DNA of 64,000 nt from Eremomyces bilateralis CBS 781.70 (taxonomy: Eukaryota). The position numbers and the translations under genes were made by a program. Below are positions 39,934 to 52,905 of the stretch, in pieces. The notes under the pieces were generated by a model that saw nothing but the letters and a program-made list of their open reading frames with translations, ran no database searches and was not told the DNA's origin. The stretch's first letter is position 1; the number at the start of each line of letters is the position of its first letter. Location: NCBI GenBank assembly GCA_010015585.1, contig ML975150.1. The stretch is one strand, 5' to 3'.

Positions 39934-40357
39934 ACGTATTCCACAAGCGAGCGGCCCATACAGGCGAGCGGCCCACCCCATTTTACTAGTAAATTCGATA
40001 AAATTTGATATCAATATCTCAGCAACCATTGGATAATATAGTCTGAAAACTTAGAATTAGGTTTTCCTATCCATTTCTAGCTTACTATTGAAATCTTAGA
40101 GCTTTATCTTTTATAGTTATAAAGATATAGAGATTTGGTCTCTAAATCTTGCCAAGAAGTAGGCATCTCTATACCTGTAAAAGCTAGGGTTTTAAGATTT
40201 CAATAGTAAGCTAGAAATGGCTAGGAAAACCTAATTCTAAGTTTTCAGACTATATTATCCAGTGGTTGTTGAGATATTGATATCGAATTTTATCGAATTT
40301 ACTAGTAAAATGGGGTGGGCCGCTCGCCTGTATGGGCCGCTCGCTTGTGGAATACGT
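39934..40357. mobile_element. MITE / fold-back element of the pogo-Fot1 superfamily
   Basis: TA on both sides (39932-33, 40358-59); ends ACGTATTCC../..GGAATACGT; 165-bp arms with 4 mismatches; internal repeat GCGAGCGGCCCA x2 per end; no ORF. Confidence 0.93.
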
Positions 40358-40580
40358 TACAAAGTTACCGTATAACTCGGACTGTCTATGCATTATTCAT
40401 GCCTATCCCGTAGGGTTTGGGGTCGATGAACGAGGCCGACACATGAAAGAACGGCGACATTCTTCGGATTGACTTGCATGAATTCCAATGGTTTACATCG
40501 TTCTCATTGCATTGTTGACTAACTCAAGCCAATATCCTCTCGCTCTGGTCCGTTTTCGTCTGTACAGATGAACCTCTCAC

Positions 40581-41363
40581 TCAACATTTTAAAGTTGTCG
40601 AAGCATTGTATTGGCCGACAATATGCTTGACTGCTTGCTGTACCCATTCCGTTCGGATATAGGCCAGATGGTTAAAGAAACAATCGCCGGGTCCGCACAC
40701 CTATTTGTCGGTTAGCACAGTCCGCCTCCTTCGCGCGACATGAGTCTTACCGGGTCTCCTTCAGCGCAGAGATTCAGCTCCTTCTCAGCCAACCCGGCGG
40801 GAAACGTGCTCGTGGACGAGCTTTTATGGGCGGGATCGCCGGTCATGACGAGGGCGACGATCTTCGGATAGAGGTCGCGTGGGATGTCTTTCGCCGCCGC
40901 GTGCATGAGCGCCGCGCCTTGGGAGTAGCCGACCAGCGCGAACTTCTGGTCCGGGCAGGCTTTGCTTTGGGCCTTCAGTCGGTTGTTAACGTCGGTGGCA
41001 CCGGTGCGGACACCTGTGAGGTCGTAACTGGCTGGATACTAGAAGGGTCAATGGACGCTACCCAGAAATAGGAGCAATGGAACCTACCTGAACGGGATAT
41101 CCCCTCGCTCCTGGGAGGACCAGCGTGGTGTTGGTGACGATAGGGTCGCCAACCACGATGCCGAACTTCCCTCCTTCAGCGTTCGGTTCACTGGTTCCTC
41201 GCGCGACGAGGATTTCCAGGTCGGAGCATCCGGCGGGGATATCGGCCGGATTGATCGGGACGGGCGTGCCCATCTTGATGTCTCCTGGGAGCGAGGGACA
41301 TGATGACTGGCAGGCCGCCGATGCGATCAGGAGCGCGACCGTTTCCAAAGTGAGGACTTTCAT
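40581..41363 (-). CDS. Cutinase / acetylxylan esterase (CE5), secreted
   Basis: Signal peptide MKVLTLETVALLIASAAC; ARGTSEP, VQ|YPAS, CPDQKFALVGYSQGA, GDP, CAEGDP|VC..HLAY; two introns. Confidence 0.92.
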
Positions 41364-42606
41364 GTTGGATGCGGATGGGCGTCGGTTTCTGGAGGTGGAT
41401 GGGTTTGTACGTGTTGAAACTCGACGCGTGGATCTTCCATGGGCGCTCTTATAGGTGAGTATAACCCTAAGGGGTTGAAACCACCGAAGAGGGCGGCCGG
41501 CTGCTGTCCTATAGTCGTATATCGTACCGATTACATTGCGGTGTCTACAGTACTCTACCCTCATCGCCTGTGCGCGGCCATTGACCAGTATGAAGTGTGG
41601 GCTTATTTCTGTCCTGCCTAGCCGTGTCGATCTAGGAATTGTCGTCCCAGATTTCGATTTACGGAGAACATTGGATTGTCTAATACATTGTACGTATTGC
41701 AGAGGCGTCATTAAAGTTCATTAAATACCTTGGCCATATCATCCCGGAGTGAGCCCGTACAGTGTGGACAGTGGATACACGTCTACCGAATCTGATTTTA
41801 ATTGCCTATTCATGCCCTTAGCTTTAAGGAAGTCTACAATGGCGGAGTTAAATGGAGCAATTAATATTCGATAACAAAGCCAATTGGACGGTTGGGTCGA
41901 CTCTGACGGCAAGTCATTCGAGGACAGTTGACTTCAACTTGGCTTAATATAACAGTGTTCTCGACCCCACAAAGTAGCTCAGGCCTCATACTTGTGCTGG
42001 CCTGTGAAATCCAGGTCCTGAACCAATTCGTGACTTGCCGAGGGCCCATGCAACCGGCAGTTGGGATCTTGGATACAGCGGACGTCATGACTTGTAGAGA
42101 TGACAAGAAAGCCGCAATAGATGCATCCGCTCATGTCCGCCAGTAGAGGCAATTCGTTTCGTCGGCACTTGGTCCGACTCTTTCAAATGCGTCGATAATT
42201 CAAGAAAGTACTCTCAGTAGCTAGAAGATGTTAAATCCCGTTGAGCCCTATCAACTGTCAAGAGGGCAGCCAATCTGCAACTCCTGTTGGACTCCGGTGT
42301 ATTTCGTATTCGGTGTCGTGCAACTTGGTGAGTGCGGGACGTGGGTCCGATTCCGAGGCGATTCTTTCGATCGACTTATGGTCATCATAAACCGGACGGT
42401 GGCACATGTAAGCTCTGTCTATTTTGAAACGTCTTACGGCAATCCTCTTCCCTCGCTTCTTCTCCAGTGTTGGTTGGAAGTGAGAGAGCAATCAGCGAGG
42501 TCATGTTTCAACGAAAGGGTTCCATCAAGGGTGGTTGGCATGGGTCCAGTCCAACCAAAATAAAATATAGCCCCAGGCCCCTAGCCACACCTTATGTACC
42601 GGGTTA

Positions 42607-44718
42607 AGGGGTTTTCCCGGGGTCGTGCACGGCCCCACTCAATGCACGATTCACTAGATATTTTGAATACGTTTTTGAGGCTACTCGCACCCATAAAAGA
42701 GTAACTTATATAGAAAAAGCTAGCGGTGAGGTCTATGTAAATAGAGCCTTATTTCCCACCTAATTCGTAGTCCTGTAGGCGTTTTGGGAGGCGTTTCTCA
42801 CGCCGTGGGCGCCCAGACGAAGGACCCCCCTCTGTATCTTCTTGACCACTGAGGATAACGTGAGGCTGTAGACTTCGCCTTTAAACCACCTGTGTAGACT
42901 TTCTCTTGGTGGTTTTAAAGGATCTAGACTCCCTACAGATCTGGAAGTTGGCTAATCGAGCCTCCTTACTAGCCTGCCTCTCCTTCCCCAAAAGGGCCTT
43001 CTCCGTAGCCCTCCTTGTACGTGCCTCATCTCGTTGGAGACGGTTTTCTATCATCTTTTTTTCCTTCTCTATCTTGCGTTGTGCCCTTGCTACCTTATCC
43101 TGTTAACTTTGTGCCTCTTGATCGACCTTTTCCTGTTCTCTCTGTGTTTGAAGTTCGCGAGCTCTCTGGATCTTGGAGGGACTGAAAAACTGTGCCTTTA
43201 TACCAGTTTTAGCACGTAACTCTTCAAATAGTGGCTTCGCCCTCTTACGTTTCTTTTTCTCGTTGATGATAGCCTTTCGCAGGCCCTGGTTTTCCGCTCG
43301 TAAGAGGGTAACATCGGTTGAAAGCTGGGCGACCGCGCTGAGAAGCTTTTTCGACTCCGAAGTAACCGCATCACCTACAGCATTACGGATAATCCATTTT
43401 ACCTGTCTCCAGTCCGTTGACGAGAGGTAAGAATCTGCCGATGAGGCATTTGAGCCCGGTCGAGAGGTTGTTTCGCTAATCCCGATAGCCTGTAGGACTA
43501 CGGACTGATCCAGTGGATCCAGTCCTGTTTTTTCCCAACCACTTCGAATATTGGTAGGAGTGCAAGATTTATGCCATGCCGCCCAAAATAAGCGAAAGAG
43601 GTCTCGTTTCGTGATAGAACAGAGTCCCTGGCACTCAGATATGAAGGTATTGAGTTCCTGCCCGTAATAGGTCGCAAGAGGTGAGAACAGGCTAATGTCG
43701 AGCGGTTGTAGGCGATGAGTGGTATGCGGTGGGTAGCAGCATACCAAAATACGGTTTTCGTGGCACCAATCCAGGAACCTCATATTGATATGGCTACCGT
43801 GCCCGTCAATAACCAAGAGACGATATCTCCGTCTCGCCTTCGGCTTCGTATACCGCTCAAAACATTAGTCAACCAATGGAATCCTAGCTCATCGTTCGTC
43901 CATCCTTATGGAGATGAGGCAAAAAAGGCCTGGTGGTTCTCCGTGTCGAAATCTTGGAGCCAAGAGTCCTGGAGATTACCGGAAACCGCCTGGTAAATTA
44001 GACCGGGCGGTAACCAGGAACCATCCGCACAGATACATGCAAGAATGGTAATCCACTCACGATTACCATCCGTCGTGGCCCCTAGGCTCTTATTTTGCGA
44101 TAAAACGGCCTTTGAGACGATCCGTCTCATCTTGGTCGTGATCCCCATAAGGAATCCCTTTTCATCCATATTGTACATATTCTCCCGATCAATGTCGTAT
44201 TCCGCAATCTTTTGGGCTAATAAGGCGTAGAAATCACGATAGTCTTACTCTTTATCCGCCCGGGTCCTAGAGGACTCGATAACGTTGAGATATCTCCCGT
44301 CGAGCATCGTCTCATGCCGCTCTACGAATCTAGAGACCCAGTTCTTGCCTATGTCTTGTTTCGCGATATCGCAGGCGAAGTTCCGTACCATTGTAGTAGT
44401 AGGCGGAAAACCACGCCTACAGAGGTCGTTGATATACGAAACAAGTTTCTTCTCCTGGAATCCATGGAGTTTTCCTCTGTTCAAGTCCGCATCTTGCTTA
44501 GAGGTGTTTTTTTGGCGATGTCTCCTAGATAACTTCGTACGGTCGATTCCATACTCTTTTGCAGTCTTAGTATAATTAGGTTTCTCTCCCAGCTCCAATG
44601 CAGCAAGAGCGAGCTCAATCTGATCCATTTTGGTAAAGATATATCTAATTACATATTGAATATCGCGATATCATTTCGTGCATTGTGTGGGGCCGTGCAC
44701 GAGGTGGGGAAAACCTAA
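42607..44718 (-). mobile_element. pogo/Fot1 (DD35D) DNA transposon, inactivated
   Basis: Imperfect ~40-bp TIRs (GGTTTTCCC....TCGTGCACGGCCCCAC.CAATGCACGA) near TA dinucleotides; exact ends uncertain by a few bp. Confidence 0.92.
42749..44628 (-). pseudogene. Transposase pseudogene (HTH/CENP-B + DDE_1)
   Basis: NMDEKG, IDGHGSH, QPLD (35 residues between D2 and D3); in-frame TAA at 44245, 43906, 43103 and 42881; 1-bp frameshift at ~43860. Confidence 0.92.
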
Positions 44719-44926
44719 TTAATTCATTTTGTAACTAGTTAGTTAGTCAACAATGGAAACTGAGGATCTCTGCTTCACCATTCTTCAATCATTTCATCCT
44801 CAAAATTATGCTATTCTCCAAACCATTTGTATATTTGGGTCTAAACCTCTAGCTAAATTCACTCAAATCTCCCACTCAAGCCCGATGAACGCCAAGGCTT
44901 CCGATCAAAACTCCTACATCGCAGCA

Positions 44927-46152
44927 TCACTCATGGACCGCTCCAAGTCGCCGTTGAGGCTGTCCGTATAGGCCATCGATGCCTCGAGATTCCGGTTTAC
45001 TGGACGATCGGTGAAGAAGCTCGCTGAACCGACTCGATTTGTGTTTTTGGGGCTTCGAATCTAGAGGCGGTGCTAGTTGAGCACGTTCGATCTCTGCTTG
45101 ACTTGAATCGACGACGCGTGGATGGTCCGCGATCGTCTCCGGATCCGCCTGTCCGAACCGAGATCGATCGGCCGCCGAAGAAACAGGTTTACGACGGGTC
45201 GAGGCAGTGCCCTATAAGCTCGTTAATAACGGACACACATATCGTGGGTCGTCGAACCCACCTGAATTCCACGCACGGCAGCCTTGAGGTCTTGCATCGT
45301 TGATCGCGGGTGAGATGGCTCAGTTTGCTGGCCATACGAAGTGGGCTGCTGGTACGAGACAGGTCCGGATGGAGGGCTTCCTAGAACATTCTCCGCTGAG
45401 GGTCGAGGATACGAACTGTTCTGGACGGCTGTAGGAGGCGCCACGGGCGCCTGTTGATGCCCATACGACGAAGCGTCCACCTCTGGAGTGCTCCTCATGG
45501 TGCTCTTGGAAGGTATCGCTGGACTGTGGTCTCGAGACTTCTTCAGGCTCAAGAGCCGTTGTATCCGAGTTGGAGATGCCTTTCCGGCACTGGCTTTCTG
45601 GGGACTGGGGCTTGCACCGACGTTGCCGTTGCTAACGTTTTGACTACTGGCAACGGTGGCCGCAGTCCCGCCGCTAGGGCGTGTAATGGTCGATGTGGTG
45701 GTGGTCGTCGTCGTCGTGGTCGTCGTGACCATATTTCCTGTGTTGGGGTCTTTATGAACTTCTTTCCGCACGGTAGGTTCACCACGAGGAACCACTTGAT
45801 TGGGCGGTGACCTTCTGTCGCTTCCCGTAATGCCCGAAGAAGTTGTCGGCGTGTCTGGGACGCTGCCGGAGGGTAAGTTGCTGGTAGATGGTGACGCTTG
45901 ATCCAACCCGCCACCCGTATTCTTGTCTTTCTGGAACGGATGCGATAGTCGCTTAGACCAGTTGGACTTCTTGTCCTTCTCCACCATTCCGGCCGTTGGA
46001 GGCTGCATTGGGCCAGGATTAGGTAAGGTAGGTAGGGAAGTGGTCGAGGTCAATATTGGCTTTTCTTTCCTGAGTTGGGTCTGGGACTGGTCCACGCTTG
46101 ATGGCTCTTTAGGTGGATTTCTAGGTTGAATCTCTGGATTCCTCGGGTATGA
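44927..46152 (-). CDS. Hypothetical S/T/P-rich protein (5' exon not resolved)
   Basis: Long ORF spliced (CAG|GTGGGT..TTAAC..TAG|) to an open last exon ending LGAVHE*; the start probably lies upstream of the acceptor at 46153. Confidence 0.6.
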
Positions 46153-46747
46153 CTAAATAAGTAGGAGATTTCAGATTTCTTTCGAGAAACAAACGAGTCT
46201 GGAATTGGGGTCAAGGATCTGTAAGTTGCGTACAGGTCAACCAGTGATGTCATCCATCAGGATGTCGTAAACGGATTTCCCAATCCGGCATGCAGCGCAG
46301 GGGTATCAAATGTGGCGGTGCAGGGGTCATCACTGCACTGGAGGCACTGGAGCAATTTGGAATTTCCTATGTCAGGAGCCCAGGACTGTCTGGTGACACA
46401 CTGTGACATATCCGGTCCTTCCAGTCCTTTAAAGATGAATTCTTACAGAAGTCTCCTATCCTCTCACTTCTTATTATCAGGATGTCGAACCTGACTTTGT
46501 TCTGTGAAGTGTGGACTTGAACTGTTACTACAGTGGTACTACAACTGAACCTTTCTATCAGGGTCCCTCTTACTTTCCACTTCATACAGTCGACGAACTC
46601 GATCTCTAGTCATTCCAGTTCAGGGGATTGGTCCCGAACCTAAATCTGGCTCGTTATCTCATCTTTTATCATCCAGCAAATTCGAAGGACTTGGGGAAGA
46701 CAAGGCCATTTACAATTCAGTGGACAAGCCGACGGAGGACGCGCAAG

Positions 46748-47818
46748 ATGCCAAAGAATGCAGCACAATTACGGGGAAGGAATATTAGGCGATCTCTTGC
46801 AGAGATCAGTCCTGCCGACGCGCCGTCTCAATCACAGAGCCCTTTGTTCAGGCTTCCACCAGAGATTCGAAACTATATCTTCGAACTAGCCTGTAGCCAG
46901 TGTGAAGAGACGTCCAAGCTCGGCGACACCCCTTACCCTGGATGGCGCCCATTGTATGAGCAGCGGAAATCCTTGAAAACATCAACATCGCTGCTGGCAA
47001 CATGCAAATTGGTCTATTCAGAAACGAGCTTGATCCCGATACGGAGTGCTACTCATATGGTTGACCTTGAGGAACCTCCCTACGATACCTACACCCTAGC
47101 TCTCCGTCCTTTCGCTACTATGACCCAACGTACCCTCGAGAATCTGAACCACGTTCATTTGCTTGCGGATTTCATTTACTTCTTTTTGTCCGACGTAATA
47201 TTTCAGATGCCACGGTTCCGACCGAAACGCTTGACGGTAACCACCGACGCGTTGTCTAGCGCAAGGATTCGGACAGCTTATTTCTTCTCGAATGTCGACC
47301 AAAAGCTATACCATGGACTAAGTACAATGAAATTCCCGGGCTCCCTCAAACGTTTGGAGCTAAGGATAATCATTCCTTTGCACTTTCCTATCGGGATCGA
47401 GACGACCAAGGTGTTTTCAGAATCCGTAATCCAGACTCGAGGGCACAGCACGCTTTCATTTCATTCGTTCGAAATAGTGCTCACTCCTTGCCCGTTACTA
47501 GAAGAGCACTACCAGGGGAAAGCAGAGCAACTCCGCTTTAAGGACCACTTCCAGGCACAAACTATCCAGGGCATTTGGGTGGAATCGCCTTCATCAGATC
47601 ACCGTGCGTCAATCAATACAGAAGTTGATTTCCGAGACATGTATGGGAATAGGCTACCCCTTCCACCTCTTTTGGATGTTGTGAAGTGTCCCCCTGGTAC
47701 TCCTTGGAAAACGTGGTGGGAGGAGCAGCTGGCCACGGCATGGTGTGAAATCAGAAAACGGAGAGAAGTTGGCATGATAATCGTACGTGGCTTAAGGTTT
47801 CTTCAGTCATACGGTTAG
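46748..47818 (+). CDS. Hypothetical protein with F-box-like N-terminal motif
   Basis: QSQSPLFRLPPEIRNYIFELA and SLLATCKLVYSE, typical of fungal F-box-like families. Confidence 0.75.
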   Translation: MPKNAAQLRGRNIRRSLAEISPADAPSQSQSPLFRLPPEIRNYIFELACSQCEETSKLGDTPYPGWRPLYEQRKSLKTSTSLLATCKLVYSETSLIPIRSATHMVDLEEPPYDTYTLALRPFATMTQRTLENLNHVHLLADFIYFFLSDVIFQMPRFRPKRLTVTTDALSSARIRTAYFFSNVDQKLYHGLSTMKFPGSLKRLELRIIIPLHFPIGIETTKVFSESVIQTRGHSTLSFHSFEIVLTPCPLLEEHYQGKAEQLRFKDHFQAQTIQGIWVESPSSDHRASINTEVDFRDMYGNRLPLPPLLDVVKCPPGTPWKTWWEEQLATAWCEIRKRREVGMIIVRGLRFLQSYG

Positions 47819-48271
47819 CAGGTATGTGACAAAAGGGAATTCTCAGTATACAGAACTTTCTCGTTATTATGTTCCAGAGCCATATTGTCAGTATTGGGTG
47901 TTCAATATTTCCGGTATGGAATATATTATTGACCGGGGCTGGCAGCCGCCGATCTTCGACTCGCCTCGAATTTCATAGGCCCCCACAAGGTCGACTGTTG
48001 AACTGCAAAGCATTACTTATTAATTTTTTAAAGTCAATTGCCGTTATATAAGTACTGATGTAACGATGCCTCAATGCAATCTGTGCTGTATTGCGGCATA
48101 ATTACGCATCGAGATCGGAGCAGAACAGGGCGATGGTATACAACTAGTATTTAACATCAAACTGCCAGTTCGAAAACTGCGATAGACGTCCTGACTTGTT
48201 TCAAGCTCCTTTCTCTTGCGGTTTCTGAGTCACAGCCAGTTCCATTGCAGGGCCTTAGTTAACCTATCAAA

Positions 48272-48886
48272 ATGAAGCCAAGTCTGTTCCCGCTGATCAC
48301 CACGATCTTCGCCCTAGCGCTGGCACAAGTTCCACCAGATGCACAGTGGTATACTCTACGAACAGAAGCGTTCGTTCCAACCTTCATTTACCTCTGGCGT
48401 AGCTAATGAACCCGTCCCAGAGAGGTCAACACCTTGTCGAAGCTCTTCCTCAGCGCCAAAGACGGAAGCGTAGCGGCTTTCGCCGGGACTCGGGAATCGG
48501 CGAACGTTGCCCAGAAGTTCTTCACGACGGCCTACACTGATGCTGGGACATTGTCCTTCCATGCCGGAAACGCGAGCCATCAGCTCGGTCTTTCAGGCAA
48601 GCTTGGCTCGGGGATGCTGGAGCTGGTCGACCTAGTCAATCCGACGGGCAAAACGATCAAACCGGACAATCCTACCATGTGGAGTGTCTTCACAGTCGGG
48701 CAAGGTGGTGTACTTGGTATCAAAGATGGTACCGAAAACACACTGAAGGATAGGACTTGGGTTGCTTGGTTGGAGACAGATGGAACGTATCATGTCGGAC
48801 TCTGGGATGGGGTGACGAAGCAACCGAGGACAACTTCGAATGTCCAGGTGATCGCAGAGAGGGCGCAAGCTCCATTAGGCTCGTGA
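48272..48886 (+). CDS. Small secreted protein, unknown function
   Basis: MKPSLFPLITTIFALALAQ signal peptide; intron GTTCGT..CTAAT..CAG joins it in frame to the 48434 ORF. Confidence 0.75.
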
Positions 48887-49367
48887 TGTAATAAAGGAAA
48901 TCAGAAGATGGAATTCTGGAGTTTCATGGTCCCGATGTTACCGAATCGTACCATATAGGTCGTGGTTCATCCACCTTGCTCTTTTCTGAAGGCTGGAAGT
49001 AGCGTGAAGGTCTGCATAAAGACAACAAAGAATATAATGAGCCCCAGAACCAAACATATCATTAAATTGGCAATTCATGGGGGATGATGAATAGGAAGTC
49101 GTCGGACAACATCTCACACGTGGACTGGACGGCAGAACAGTAAAGGTGTTAATGGCCGAGAATTTGCCGACCGAACGTCCCCAGAGCATCAAATGCTTGA
49201 AGAATTTCTGGATCAGCTCGACGACATACAATTGAATATCTCGGAGGTGAAACATTTACTCAATTCGAATTCTTATTGGAGGCCATTACGGATGTCTTTC
49301 CTCGCGTGATAGTGCCCTCTCCGAGCCCTCTATCCAAACCATCTATCCCCATCCACCATCCCGAACA

Positions 49368-50233
49368 ATGGCGTCCATCCAAGCCGCCCCAGCTCGAAAA
49401 GCCCTCGTCGGAGTGGTGGTCTCCGCTGGCAAAATGGACAAATGCGTCAAAGTACGCATCCCGAAACAAGTCTGGAATAACAAGATCCGCAAAGTACGCT
49501 CCCTCCGTGCCTCCGTCCTGTCGTCTCGCCGCAACCCCCTCCCATGACCCGAACTAACATCATCCGCTTCCAGTACTTCACCGAACACTACGCCCTCCTC
49601 GTCTCTGACCCCGCCAACTCCACCCGCGCCGGCGACGTCGTACGCATCCGCGACGGCTACCGCCCCGCCACCCGCGCCGCGCGCGTCGCGCACATCGTCA
49701 CTAACGTCATCTCGCCTTTCGGGCCGCCGCTCGGCGACCGGGCGCCGGTGCCGTCGGACGAAGAGCTACGAGGGGAGCGACACGAGAAGAAGGTGCATAA
49801 GGACGAGCGGCAGGCGTTGCGGGGGCGAAAGTTGGCGTTGGAGCGGGTGATGGCGCGGCGGATGGAGGGGGGGATGGAGGGGGAGGGGGAGGATCCGTTG
49901 GGGAAGGCGTTTGCGGAAAGGGAGGCGGTGTTGAAGGAGATGATGGAGAGGGTGACGGGGAGGTTGGAGGGGGAGGGGACTATGGTGGATGAGGAGGTGA
50001 CAAATATGTTGAGGAAGCTGGTCATTGGGAGGAGCGAGGATATTTTGAAAGCGGGGACGGGGACAGCGGAGGCGCCGGATATTGAGGGGCAGATGGGGAG
50101 TATAGCGGCGAAGGCGAAGGGGATGTTGGAGCGGAGGAAACATCTGGAGGCGATTGAGGAGAGGCGGAAGGGGTTGGAAGACAAGCTGCAGACTATGCTG
50201 GATGGCATGCGTGAGCAGATATCGCGGGCTTGA
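49368..50233 (+). CDS. MRPS17: Mitochondrial ribosomal protein uS17m
   Basis: GVVVSAGKMDKCVKVRI..WNNKIRK|YF....LVSDPANSTRAGDVVRI; one intron; long C-terminal extension. Confidence 0.88.
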
Positions 50234-50354
50234 TTTGAAAGCATTGCTTGGTGTATTATGGGTTTAGCGACTTTGTTCGTATAGGTTGGATTCATGTACG
50301 AGTACGAGTACTAGTTGTGTATAGATGTACAGATATGGTACAAATGGGTATCAC

Positions 50355-52173
50355 TCAGGGGATATTCAACTGCTCTCTAACAATTCCCGCGGCTTTCTGC
50401 GCGTCAACCCGCCCCTCTTCGGCACCACGGATCATCTGGCCGACAAGCCACATCACCTTCGATTTCCCGGCTTGGGGATCGCGTAGGATGACACGCACTG
50501 TGTCTTGATTGTTGTCCAGGACCGTCTTCACCATCGCGTGGTACTCCTCATCAGACATGGGCTTCACCGCTAGGTTATCCTGTTCAATGATTTCTTCCGC
50601 AGTCCTTGAATCGCCATGGAAGAGGTTCGCTAGCAGTTGCTTTGCTGTCTTTCCTGTTACTCTCTTCCGAAGCACGTTCAGAATTACCGATGCAAGGGTA
50701 TCAGGGCGCACACGGCTCGCATCCCATGGCTCTTCCGATTGAGAGAAAAGTCCGCCGAGCTCATGAAGTAGCCAATTTCCAGCCGTCCGCCCATAAGGCA
50801 TGGAGGCCCTCTCGGAGTCGGAGAGTTCAGACTCGAGGGTTTGGACAACTTCCATGTAATAATCCAACCGTTCACCCTCGTCCAAGTTGTGGACGGTCTT
50901 CGCATCTTTGATGGAGAGTCCATACGGAGTCTTCAGGGTCAGAAGACTAAAGGCGTCGTCCGGCAACAACGGCATCGTGGCGTGAATATGCTCGACGAGA
51001 TCCTCTCCAATGATTACCGGCGCAATATCCGGATCCGGCATGTATCGGTAGTCGATCTCTCCTTCCTTTCCGCGTAGGGATCGGGTCTCTGTGCCGCCTA
51101 TTGTCCATCCTCTCGTCTCGCCTTCAATGACCCCTCCAGACTCGAGAATTTGGATCTGGCGGTTCCGTTCAGCAATAATGGAGTCTTCCACAGCTTTGAA
51201 ACTGCTCAGATTCTTGATTTCGGTCCTTTGCCCGAGTCCAGACACGCCGTGGTATTGGTGTCCAGTCCCACTGTCGACCTCTGTTCCTCGCTTCCGAATC
51301 GACACGTTAACATCAGCACGCATTCCCCCCAGTTCCATACCGGCATTCAGCGCATTGATGCTCTCAAGGATGCTCTGGATTTTGCGCACGCATGCTGCCG
51401 CCGTGGCCGGGGAATGAATCTGTGGAAGCGTGATAATCTCGATCAGAGGATGGGATACTCGGTTGAAGTCGAGGAGATAGGTGTCGTTGCCCTGGAGGAT
51501 GGTCTTGGCCGTATCTTGCTCCATTTGAATCTGTTTGATCCCAACTGTAACCGAGTTCCCATCTTCTGGTGCGATGCCATCGTGTGGGTACAGGACGATG
51601 TGCCCATCCTTCGCGAACGGCTCTATTTGGCATTCGTTAGCCGTGAAACCGACTTGTAGCCTTTTCAGACTCCATACCATAATATTGCGTGATCTGATAG
51701 CCAGCTGGTTGATCCTGATAAAAGTAATGCTTCCGATCAAAAGTACTGGATCTCTGGATCTGGCAATTAAACGCAATGGCGGCACGAATCGCAGGTATCA
51801 ACGTGGCCCCTTGGAAATGCGGTTGCGTCCCCGGGAACGCAAGATCGAAAAGGGCCACATGGCTGTTAGGAGGCTCATTGACGGAGGTTGCAGCTTCGGA
51901 GAAGAGTTTCTTCGCCGTATTGAGCTCGGCATGAACCTCTATGCCAGCGGTCAGCTCCCATTGGTCTAATGATGCTGCAATTCCATCAGGAGCCTTTTGC
52001 TTGCGACTTGTCTTCGAGCGTTTTGCTTCATCCTTCAGACGCTTTCGGAACGGTACAGATATCGGTGCCGACTCGGTGGAGTAGAAACGCCAGATCTGTG
52101 GCAGTCGTGTCGCGGTTCGGGGTGAACCGACCAGCAAGACTTGACTGAATGGCCTCCATCCTGACCGGATCAT
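50355..52173 (-). CDS. PET112: Mitochondrial Glu-tRNA(Gln) amidotransferase subunit B
   Basis: [64 protein letters not shown]; one intron; basic N-terminal presequence. Confidence 0.96.
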
Positions 52174-52905
52174 GGCCGTAGTGAGAAGGTCCGTCAGTCT
52201 CGATTCTTTAGGCCATTGAGCGCATCATCAATTGTTCTCTTCAGAGCCGTACCGATGATGCGTACCCACTTCTGTAGCGGACGTTGAAAGTTTACCAGAC
52301 TGCGCATGTGGCGTGATCAGTCCGCCGAACATGGAGATGCCGATATCTTTATCCGCCGGAATTGTTCTCTGCCAGCTCAACATCAACCCATACCAAGCCA
52401 CATCTACTACGGAGTATACTGTGGCAATATTAATGAGGTTCTGTTTTAGTCAATTGATGCATTGATACCATTCTCACAGCTTCGGATATTGGGCGAGAGC
52501 ATGAGAGGACTAGCTTTTAAGCCGTTACTTTCCGACAGCTTGGATACCCTGAACACCGAGATCCCCAAACCCCCCAGATTTTGTCATGGAATGGTTCCGC
52601 GCTGTGGCGCTTAACCAGGGTTCATTCCCTTGAAAGTTGAAACGCGACCCTTCGTAGTTGCCGACCTTGCGGGCCGATGTGGGAGTTGTGGAGAGGCGCT
52701 GGTTCTATTCCGACAGCCGCCTATTCAGATTCAAGTTATTATTGTTCTCTCCGTTGTCATTATCTCTCCTCGTGTCTAACGGTCCTTCCGTTTCCTACCT
52801 TCTCATTAACTTTTGCGTACCAAGTCTGATTGTCCGTTGTATATTCGTAGCGCAGCAGAAGTCCGTTAGTTCGATATCACATTGAGTCCTTCTCCGTGAT
52901 CCACG

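Noticed and set aside
41462..41470. TAACCCTAA, resembling a telomerase RNA template or telomere repeat
   Set aside because: A single short match in the cutinase promoter with no supporting structure or array.
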